Source: Candidatus Zixiibacteriota bacterium (GTDB taxonomy: Bacteria > Zixibacteria > MSB-5A5 > GN15 > FEB-12). Taken from it: a DNA stretch of 64,000 nt. The notes beneath the pieces were generated by a model. It ran no database searches, had not been told where the DNA came from, and was given only the letters and a program-made list of their open reading frames with translations. The position numbers and the translations under genes were made by a program. Shown here in pieces: positions 44,699-51,195 of the stretch; position 1 is the first letter of the stretch; each line of letters starts with the position of its first letter. The stretch spans positions 459,037 to 523,036 of the forward strand of contig JACZXB010000001.1 in assembly GCA_022571845.1 (NCBI GenBank), given 5' to 3'.

Positions 44699-45896
44699 CT
44701 CGTACCATATGAACTACTTTTTCTGCCCTTTTTAAGGATCTATAGTAATCGTTTTCTATTCCATATTTCTTGACTAAATCTCGCTTCTTTGCCAGCGGCT
44801 CGGATATTTCTCTTTTTACTCCGTTAAGCGTGCGCCGGAATGGACCTTCGCCCAAAATCATGAATACATATTCCAGTTGTTCGGTGAGCATGCCGGTTAA
44901 ACCGCTAAGCAATACATGCACCCGGATATGAGTAGGAATTGATCTGACTGCGCTAAGGAATTTTTCCTGTGAGGGCATCAATTCTGAGCCCGGATCTACC
45001 CCCGGAAAATAACTCAAAATTCCTGAGCGATACTGAGAAGCAAAATTTGAAAACCTGGTGTTGTTCTCTCCCAGTAAATCCTCTACCGTAGTACGAATCC
45101 TGTAAAAGGCGTTGCTGAACAGATAAAAGATTAGAGACAGAACCGCTTCTTCTTCATCCTCTTTTTCTTCAGAACTTTCTTCCCGTTCGCCAGTTACTTC
45201 TATCAAATTTCCTAATATCAACTTGTAAACTGCACGACAAGTGACGAACTCTCCAAAAGGCGAAGCTTGTATCATTTCCGGCAAAGTTCTTTCGCCATTT
45301 ATCATAGACAGTACCCGAAATTCTTCCATAGTCAGTCTGACTTCATCACTGTTTGTCTTGGGTGAAGCGACTACAGACAACATCATTTCATCTGGCGGCA
45401 GCACCTTTTGAATTTCCAGCCATTCATCAATACGGCGGGTACCTTCCATGACGATACTCATGGTGGTGAGCTCTACTAAAAAAGGTGCGTTTTTGGGACT
45501 GGTGCCTTCGTGGAAAACGAAGTTTCCTTCCTGCCAAGAAAACAAATTATAGACTATTTCTTCAATTTGGAATTTCAGACACTCTGCGATTTCATCTTTT
45601 TCAAAAAGATTCATATCCACCAGTGTGGTACCCAGCTGTCTGCCGGTCTGCTTGTGCAGAGTTATGGCACGCTCTAACTGGTCCTTGGAAAGTTTTCCCT
45701 TACGCAGCAGCATATTCCCCAGCAAATCTTCGCTAGTATTTAATGACGAAGCGTAAATGATGTTGCCGTTTTTAAACGCTACTTCCTTTTGCCTGGCACT
45801 GGTGTTTACTTCCAGAACTCCTGTCTTCTTGCCAGTTGACAATAACTGCAGGATATCCGAGAATGAGACTGTTTTTAAATTCCCTGACAAACTCAT
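44691..45896 (-). CDS. DUF4388 (PATAN-like) domain protein
   Basis: The N-terminal hallmark is GNLKTVSFSDILQLLSTGKKTGVLEV....VAFKNGNIIYASS. It is the first gene of the MglA block. Confidence 0.7.
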   Translation of the reverse strand: MSLSGNLKTVSFSDILQLLSTGKKTGVLEVNTSARQKEVAFKNGNIIYASSLNTSEDLLGNMLLRKGKLSKDQLERAITLHKQTGRQLGTTLVDMNLFEKDEIAECLKFQIEEIVYNLFSWQEGNFVFHEGTSPKNAPFLVELTTMSIVMEGTRRIDEWLEIQKVLPPDEMMLSVVASPKTNSDEVRLTMEEFRVLSMINGERTLPEMIQASPFGEFVTCRAVYKLILGNLIEVTGEREESSEEKEDEEEAVLSLIFYLFSNAFYRIRTTVEDLLGENNTRFSNFASQYRSGILSYFPGVDPGSELMPSQEKFLSAVRSIPTHIRVHVLLSGLTGMLTEQLEYVFMILGEGPFRRTLNGVKREISEPLAKKRDLVKKYGIENDYYRSLKRAEKVVHMVRGD

Positions 45897-46000
45897 TTTT
45901 TATTCCCTCTGACAGACCCGATATTATTGAATATTCCCTCATTCGGGCTCAATTCCCTTTATTTATCGGGTATTTCAGGGGATAACTTAAGGTAGAATCG

Positions 46001-46669
46001 TCAAAACTGAGAGACTTGGAAACTACTGTCAGTTCGGTTCTTAAGCTTGATCCGACAGCCTCCGGTTTGCCCAATATCCGTAACTATTTTCTGGTATTTT
46101 TCAGCAGGCAAAAAACCAGCGTCTTTCTGTTCAATTCTTGAACAGACCAGCTGCTCTAAGTTGCTTTGACTTTCGATAATTTTTTCAATTTCCGAGCGGG
46201 CGATCTTACTTCTTCCGCAATAAATAACCAGTGACTGCTTTGCTAAGGAAACTTTATTATCCCCGGACAGAATATTCTCATTTGCTATCAATATCGATGA
46301 ATTATCCAATTCAAGCTCTATTAGATTTTTCGAGGGATAATAGCCCGGCAATAATTTATTAGAATTCTCTGCCGAAAATGACTCAATCGTGATTGTGCCG
46401 TAATTTGCAAAAAGTGTCCGGCTGATGTCCGAAAAGCTCTTTTCTATCCTGGCGTCTACTATGACAGATTTGGCCTGATAGCTAAGGCAGAGTCTGTAAA
46501 TGTCATCGATAGCTCCATACTCCGATGACATCACAAAAACCTGGCCGAGCCCCTCCACACCTAATTCATCAAAGGCCGAGCTGAAAATTCGTTCATCTAT
46601 TGGGTACGGTTTCCGAGTCAAGCCGCTGATTATCAAGTCTGGCACCTGGCTTTGATTCTGATAAATCAA
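46001..46669 (-). CDS. Hypothetical protein, possibly a degenerate C-terminal (MBL-like) remnant of ComEC/Rec2
   Basis: Only a TTG start is available. The frame stays open upstream to the stop at 46736 and there reads IDIFNIPGGTAILIY..LIISG, which resembles the DVGQGDAxLI..LIDxG entry of the ComEC lactamase domain. The C-terminus TDIGQTGGCRIKL resembles TDxxGAI. The metal ligands are not conserved. Confidence 0.4.
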   Translation of the reverse strand: MIYQNQSQVPDLIISGLTRKPYPIDERIFSSAFDELGVEGLGQVFVMSSEYGAIDDIYRLCLSYQAKSVIVDARIEKSFSDISRTLFANYGTITIESFSAENSNKLLPGYYPSKNLIELELDNSSILIANENILSGDNKVSLAKQSLVIYCGRSKIARSEIEKIIESQSNLEQLVCSRIEQKDAGFLPAEKYQKIVTDIGQTGGCRIKLKNRTDSSFQVSQF

Positions 46670-46762
46670 AATTGCAGTGCCACCGGGAATGTTAAAAATA
46701 TCGATTGTGCAAAAGTCATTAGAGCGGGAGCGTAGCTACCCCCGCTCAGATTCAATTATTAG

Positions 46763-46791
46763 TTGACATTTGGTGGTGCTCTGATTATATA
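46763..46791 (+). promoter_or_regulatory. Sigma70-type promoter (TTGACA-N17-TATATA)
   Basis: There is a perfect -35 at 46763-46768, a 17-nt spacer, and a -10 TATATA at 46786-46791. Confidence 0.55.
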
Positions 46792-46797
46792 CCAAAT

Positions 46798-46888
46798 GTA
46801 AGGGTCATAGAACCTTTGCATTGGAAACTCCTTTCTTTTCGCTTGAGTGTTTCCAAATTTGGCCGGTAGCTCAAACTACCGGCTTTTT
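46798..46888 (+). ncRNA. Candidate small RNA of about 90 nt, bounded by a promoter and a terminator
   Basis: It starts about 7 nt after the -10 and has no ORF (ATG-TAA only). Internal hairpins are CCAAATG..CATTGG and GGAAACTC..GAGTgTTTCC. It ends in the terminator at 46861-46888. Confidence 0.35.
46861..46888 (+). terminator. Intrinsic terminator
   Basis: The sequence is gGCCGGTAGctcaaaCTACCGGC followed by TTTTT. Confidence 0.65.
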
Positions 46889-47034
46889 ATAATATCTGTA
46901 CACCCCAAATTTAAGTCAAGTACTTTTTAAATTAAGTTACAATTTATATTCCCCACAAGTCGGGCATATTAACTGATTTGGCGGTAGCTGTAAGGGCTTC
47001 AACTAAAAGCAGTTACGTGCCCAACAGATTTTAC

Positions 47035-47062
47035 TTGACAAAGCCCGATAAATATGTAGCTT
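47035..47062 (+). promoter_or_regulatory. Possible sigma70-type promoter for the HTH-like gene
   Basis: It reads TTGACA-N16-TAGCTT, where the -10 keeps only T1, A2 and T6. It lies about 40 nt upstream of the GGAGG-ATG. Confidence 0.35.
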
Positions 47063-47102
47063 TGCGTTGTCATTACTTAAGCGAAAAACAGGAGGACTTA
47101 CA

Positions 47103-47669
47103 ATGGTAAAAGGTATCGGAAATGACCCTATGGTAAAAGCTCTGACTAAAGAGCTTGAAGAAATACTTCGTAGGGCGGCAGAGATTAAAAAATTCATCAA
47201 TGACACTTACGTTTATCGGGGAGCTTCTCCACTCTATACAGATGTTGATTATGTCCCCGCTGGCGGTACACTAAACCTTGCTCACGATCAATATTTTGGT
47301 AAAGGGCTGGCTACTGCTGGAAAAGAATTTCTTCAAGCTAAGGGACGGGCTGCCCCCTCTGACGAAATTTTTGAAGCTTTCAATAAAGGAGGCTTCGAGT
47401 GGCCTACAAACTGGAAAGAACGAGACAGATTAAAGAATCTTGCAATATCACTAAGCAAGAATCGCTATGATTTTGTTATTGTTCGAACAAGCAAAGGCCA
47501 AGCGTATGGATTGTATGAATTCTATCCTGAAAAAATGAAAGAAAGGGAACGGAAAAAACAGGGGAAATCTAATGAAACTGAGTCTGCCAATAATGGCTCC
47601 CCCGCAACAATTGAAAAGGTTGAATCAACAGAAACTAAGATTGAAGAGAGTAAAAATGAGGGGAATTAA
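47103..47669 (+). CDS. Hypothetical DNA-binding protein with a HARE-HTH-like winged-helix core and a Lys/Glu-rich tail
   Basis: The ATG at 47103 lies 7 nt after GGAGG. The track ORF starts at an upstream TTG. The segment AGKEFLQAKGRAAPSDEIFEAF...YDFVIVRTSKGQAYGLYEFYPE follows the HARE-HTH pattern (compare RpoE ..WGLRSWYP). This assignment rests on pattern recall only. Confidence 0.55.
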   Translation: MVKGIGNDPMVKALTKELEEILRRAAEIKKFINDTYVYRGASPLYTDVDYVPAGGTLNLAHDQYFGKGLATAGKEFLQAKGRAAPSDEIFEAFNKGGFEWPTNWKERDRLKNLAISLSKNRYDFVIVRTSKGQAYGLYEFYPEKMKERERKKQGKSNETESANNGSPATIEKVESTETKIEESKNEGN

Positions 47670-47699
47670 TTTGACTTTAAAGGCTGTATAGTCTACTTA

Positions 47700-47960
47700 G
47701 TGAACGGGCGGGTAATGCCCTGCCTCCCAAAATTATGTTGTCCGTCACACAACGGAGAATAGGGCGGCTCCAGTTGTGACGGAGCCCAAGTAAGCAGTGA
47801 AGCTTACCTGTACAACATAATGGAGGTGCTAATGCAAAGTACCCCAAAGGACAATCTTGCCAAGATTGTCTTGGGCTCAATCACTCGGATAGTGATAGAG
47901 CTTATTCGGAAACTGTTTTAGTAGAAAGAGGCAGGGTAACCCCGCCTATAATTTTGGGAA
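47700..47960 (+). ncRNA. Candidate structured RNA (multi-helix, family not recognised)
   Basis: Nested perfect helices are 47707-47726/47928-47946, 47732-47741/47812-47821, and hairpins at 47741-47783, 47790-47807, 47843-47875 and 47880-47896. An alternative 11-bp pairing joins 47726-47736 and 47948-47958. I chose the plus strand because a hairpin with a T7 run follows at 47996-48020. Confidence 0.45.
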
Positions 47961-47995
47961 ATTCGCTCCTTTCAGTATCTTACAATACCAATTTC

Positions 47996-48020
47996 ACTTG
48001 ACTCATTCAAGTCTTTTTTT
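47996..48020 (+). terminator. Weak intrinsic terminator
   Basis: The sequence is ACTTGActcatTCAAGT, then c, then TTTTTTT. The stem is 6 bp and AT-rich. Confidence 0.4.
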
Positions 48021-48128
48021 GCTAAAAGTCAAACTATTTTTTGCTCCTACCAAAAAATATGTCGGCCAAATTCCCTTAACTCTTAGCAATCCCCATACCT
48101 ATTGTACACTTTTTGCCCCAAAAATAGA

Positions 48129-48156
48129 TTGACAGAGATGGGATAGCCAGTATTCT
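48129..48156 (+). promoter_or_regulatory. Possible sigma70-type promoter (TTGACA-N16-TATTCT)
   Basis: The -35 is perfect. The -10 ends 7 nt before the ATG at 48164, which implies a leaderless mRNA. Confidence 0.4.
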
Positions 48157-48163
48157 TGAGATT

Positions 48164-48424
48164 ATGCAGGTAGTGCTCAATAAAGCTCAGAAAGTGATTC
48201 TTATAATCAGCTTAGCTCTGATAGCTTTCTCTTTTCTATTCCCAACGTGGGAATTTCGCCGAACGGAAATCACCAGAGTCTTAAAGAGGGTTGATTATCA
48301 ATTTATTCTTGCTCCCCCCAAATATAAGACACATCCGATGCAAATAGACTATGGCCGTATGCTGATCCAGATAGTGGTTATCGTAATTGTCGGGGGTGGA
48401 TTGATTCTTGTTAAGAAGTCTTAG
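48164..48424 (+). CDS. Small two-TM membrane protein, unknown function
   Basis: The 86-aa product has TM1 VILIISLALIAFSFLF and TM2 LIQIVVIVIVGGGLILV. There is no Shine-Dalgarno sequence. Confidence 0.5.
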   Translation: MQVVLNKAQKVILIISLALIAFSFLFPTWEFRRTEITRVLKRVDYQFILAPPKYKTHPMQIDYGRMLIQIVVIVIVGGGLILVKKS

Positions 48425-48439
48425 CAATTCTCAAAAATC

Positions 48440-48775
48440 TCAAAATAGCCCACTACCAAATATTTGATAGGTTTGCTTCTCCGAAATAAATCGGGCAACA
48501 TGATTTGAACCAAAATTATAGGTTTTGAGACCGTAATGAAAACCGCTGAAAAAAAAGAGACAAAGAGCAAATAAGATAATCGAAAACCGGGCTGACTCTT
48601 TTTTAAACAGAACCAGTCCGCCAATAAACGAAATCAGACAGAGCAGCAGGAAGAGCCAGCCTGGCGGGCGGACAAAATCTGTGAACAGAATTCCGGCCAC
48701 TACCGGAATCAGAAAAAAAAGACCAGGATATTTTTTTAGCACAACTACATACGGAAAATAATTTTCAGGATCCAC
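48440..48775 (-). CDS. Truncated ComEC/Rec2 N-terminal (DUF4131-like) fragment
   Basis: LKKYPGLFFLIPVVAGILF plus two more TM helices and ..HVARFISEKQTYQIFG resemble the start of ComEC. The ORF stops after 111 aa. The GTG start overlaps the murJ end, and an alternative GTG lies at 48742. Confidence 0.45.
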   Translation of the reverse strand: MDPENYFPYVVVLKKYPGLFFLIPVVAGILFTDFVRPPGWLFLLLCLISFIGGLVLFKKESARFSIILFALCLFFFSGFHYGLKTYNFGSNHVARFISEKQTYQIFGSGLF

Positions 48776-50319
48776 TTGCCGATTTTAACGGCTTCTGAGA
48801 CCCCAAAGATAAGGCAGAAAATAAAATATGCAACGCCCCCGATGCAAAGAATTGAAGTTAGCTCGGCGGCTCTGTTTAAGACCTCGAATTCAATTGAGAA
48901 ACTCAAGTGTGTAATTTTGGCCAGATAAAAGGCCAATGATGCCGCTAAGGCCACTCTGAAAAGATTCAGTAGAATTCTTCCCCAGTTAATTTCAATCGGC
49001 TTGGTTGATAAAAAAACGAGTAACAAAGTTGCGTTTAACAGCCCGGCCAACGATGTAGCCGCCGCCAGACCAGCGAAATCCAGCACCTGAATCAAGGGAT
49101 AATACAAAAGCAAGTTGACTACGACTGTCACCAGAGAAACTCGCATGGGCAGGCGGGAATCACCAAAAGCGTAATAGAAGGGAGCTACAACTCTTACAAC
49201 TGCGAAACCTATCAAACCGTAGGAATAGTGCAATAAAGCCAGCGATACTTTAGAAGTATCTAACTCGTTAAACGCTCCCCACTGATAAATCAATTTGATT
49301 ATCATCGGCGCAATCAAGGCCAGCACTACCGCCGATGGTATCACGATAAAAAAGTTCAGTCCGATTGCCTGCTGAAATGTTTTGCTTAGGTTATCGAAAT
49401 CTTTTTTGGCGACCAGTTCAGATACCTTTGGAAGGGCAACTGTTCCCAGGGCAACGGCAAAGACACCCAGCGGGAAATGCATTAATCGAAAAGAGTAATT
49501 CAAATAAGACAATGACCCCTCAGCCAGAAACGATGCCAGAATAGTACTGACCAATATATTGACTCTACCGGCCGATAGCCCCACGACCATAGGCACAAAG
49601 AGCTTGGTTATTCTTTTCATGCCTTCGTCCAAAAAGTTAAGGCTGGGATAAAAGCGGTATCCGGTCTTAAAAAGTGCCGGAAGTTGTATAGCCAGCTGCG
49701 CCACACCTCCGATAACGACACCTATAGCAAGAGCATATATAGGCTGCTCAAAAAACCGGTGAAATACCAGAACAGTCAGGACTGTACCAAGATTGAAAAG
49801 TGCCGGAGAAATGGCCGGAATGGCAAACTTGCCGTAGGAGTTCAACATCCCCATTACCAGCGAAGACAAAGAGACGAGTAGCAGATAAACCATCATTATT
49901 CTGGTCAGGTTGACAGTAAGATCATATTTTAAGGGATCTGACGTAAATCCGTTGGCTGAGATATAGACTATCACCGGAGCCGCTACTATCCCCAATAGCA
50001 CAATTAGCCCTACAAAAAGCAGTATCGAAGTCGCCACAATATTCGCCAGGCTTCTGGCTTCAGATTCCGACTCATTCACTAATTTTTGCTTGAAAACAGG
50101 CACAAAAGCCGAAGATAAGGCCCCCTCGGCAAACATATCCCTGAGCAGGTTGGGAATTCTGAAAGCAACTACAAAAGCGTCAGTGGCAATTCCCGCCCCG
50201 AAATAGAAAGCCATTACCTGTTCCCTGACAAGCCCCAGTACCCTGGATATAGCTGTTGCGCCCGATACGGAACCGGCTGATTGGGCCAGAGAGCTCTCTT
50301 TCTTATTAACTGTTGACAA
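48745..50319 (-). CDS. murJ: Lipid II flippase MurJ (MviN)
   Basis: The N-terminus reads SRVLGLVREQVMAFYFGAGIATDAFVVAFRIPNLLRDMFAEGALSSAFVPVF. It has about 14 TM helices. Confidence 0.9.
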   Translation of the reverse strand: MSTVNKKESSLAQSAGSVSGATAISRVLGLVREQVMAFYFGAGIATDAFVVAFRIPNLLRDMFAEGALSSAFVPVFKQKLVNESESEARSLANIVATSILLFVGLIVLLGIVAAPVIVYISANGFTSDPLKYDLTVNLTRIMMVYLLLVSLSSLVMGMLNSYGKFAIPAISPALFNLGTVLTVLVFHRFFEQPIYALAIGVVIGGVAQLAIQLPALFKTGYRFYPSLNFLDEGMKRITKLFVPMVVGLSAGRVNILVSTILASFLAEGSLSYLNYSFRLMHFPLGVFAVALGTVALPKVSELVAKKDFDNLSKTFQQAIGLNFFIVIPSAVVLALIAPMIIKLIYQWGAFNELDTSKVSLALLHYSYGLIGFAVVRVVAPFYYAFGDSRLPMRVSLVTVVVNLLLYYPLIQVLDFAGLAAATSLAGLLNATLLLVFLSTKPIEINWGRILLNLFRVALAASLAFYLAKITHLSFSIEFEVLNRAAELTSILCIGGVAYFIFCLIFGVSEAVKIGKWILKIIFRM

Positions 50320-50340
50320 TTTTTGATAAAAGATTAAATT
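50313..50340 (+). promoter_or_regulatory. Possible rpsT promoter (TTGACA-N16-TAAATT)
   Basis: It lies in the murJ/rpsT divergent region. GAGGA sits 8 nt before the GTG start. Confidence 0.4.
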
Positions 50341-50383
50341 TGTCGGGCGAAATAGGATAACAAATGTTTAGAGGAACAAAATT

Positions 50384-50638
50384 GTGCCACTTCATAAATC
50401 TTGTGTCAAGCGGGTGAAAACTTCCGCCAAAGCGCGCGAGCGCAACCGGGGCAAACGAAGCCGACTCCGGGCAGCTATTAAAGAGCTGCGCCTGGCGACC
50501 AGCAAAGACGAAGCTCTGAAGCTTTATAAGCAGGTAACTCGCCTTCTGGACCGGGCGGCATCTGACGGCCTTATTCATAAGAAGAATGCCGATAGAAACA
50601 AGTCCAGGTTTGCAGCAGTTGTCAGCCGTATCAGTTAG
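50384..50638 (+). CDS. rpsT: 30S ribosomal protein S20
   Basis: The product is an 84-aa basic helical protein with KSCVKRVKTSAKARERN and HKKNADRNKSR. The start is GTG. Confidence 0.9.
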   Translation: MPLHKSCVKRVKTSAKARERNRGKRSRLRAAIKELRLATSKDEALKLYKQVTRLLDRAASDGLIHKKNADRNKSRFAAVVSRIS

Positions 50639-50664
50639 TACCATTATCCCTGCCAATATTTTAG

Positions 50665-51105
50665 CTAATCTGTCGAGCTGATCGACTTCATCAGCTCGGC
50701 TTTTAGTTGTGACTTTGCTTCAATACATTTGGCCTCAGCCGAGGCAACCACTTCACCATTCTGTCGAAGAGCCCGTGCTTCAGTAAAGAAAAGCCGTCCC
50801 TTTTTACTGCATACTCGTCCGCTGATCTTGAGCTCTTCCCCTGTAATTATAGGTTTCTTGAAGCGGACTTTCATCTCGGCCGTAACGGCATACTTGCTTT
50901 CGGCCAAGATGGCCTTAATCATTACTTCATCCAGCAATGACGATATTATGCCGCCATGGTAAATCCCGCGATAGCCTTCAAACCGCTTGTCTGCAACAAC
51001 TCTGGTAATTGCTTCACCATTCTCATAGTAGAATTTTGCTTTAAGTCCAAAATCGTTATCATCCCCACATACGAAACAGCCGGGATATTTTATTATCTCG
51101 TTCAT
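50665..51105 (-). CDS. PaaI/hotdog-fold thioesterase
   Basis: Motifs are CFVCG, YHGGIISSLLDEVM and a long beta-sheet C-terminus. I moved the start to ATG 51105 because the track's upstream extension runs through a terminator hairpin. Confidence 0.8.
   Translation of the reverse strand: MNEIIKYPGCFVCGDDNDFGLKAKFYYENGEAITRVVADKRFEGYRGIYHGGIISSLLDEVMIKAILAESKYAVTAEMKVRFKKPIITGEELKISGRVCSKKGRLFFTEARALRQNGEVVASAEAKCIEAKSQLKAELMKSISSTD
50674..50704 (+). terminator. Putative rpsT terminator embedded in the 3' end of the convergent gene
   Basis: The sequence is CGAGCTGATcgacttcATCAGCTCG followed by gcTTTT. Confidence 0.45.
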
Positions 51106-51143
51106 CAGACTAAAAGAATCTATAAATCCTATTTTGGGCAAAT

Positions 51144-51169
51144 AAAAAAGCCCGGTAGTTAGCCGGGCT
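51144..51169 (-). terminator. Intrinsic terminator after the lipoprotein gene
   Basis: The minus strand reads AGCCCGGctaactaCCGGGCT followed by TTTTT. It lies 27 nt after the stop at 51196. Confidence 0.65.
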
Positions 51170-51195
51170 TTCATAATACAATAAAGCTTTTCTTA

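Noticed and set aside
47677-47880. A 67-aa minus-strand ORF, and a 15-aa + strand ORF (ATG 47715, MPCLPKLCCPSHNGE), inside the structured element.
   Set aside because: Neither has a Shine-Dalgarno sequence. Both run straight through perfectly paired helices. The composition is dictated by the palindromes. The region is better explained as non-coding structure.
47700-47960. Whether the structured element is RNase P RNA, tmRNA, SRP RNA, 6S RNA, a group II intron domain or a common riboswitch (TPP, cobalamin, lysine, glycine, c-di-AMP, FMN).
   Set aside because: None of the signatures I know is present, such as GGAAAGUCCGG, a tmRNA tag ORF with a UCCACCA end, the SRP GGAA/AGCA loop, the B12 box, or CUGAGA..ACCUGA. 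This is a by-eye comparison only and needs an Infernal scan.
49770-49790. A GTCAGGAC octamer inside murJ that matches the REP stem.
   Set aside because: It has no inverted partner and no GTAG tail, and it lies within coding sequence. It is a chance match.
50306-50656. A 116-aa minus-strand ORF covering the rpsT region.
   Set aside because: It is antisense to a clearly recognisable S20 gene and has no motif of its own. It is a shadow ORF.
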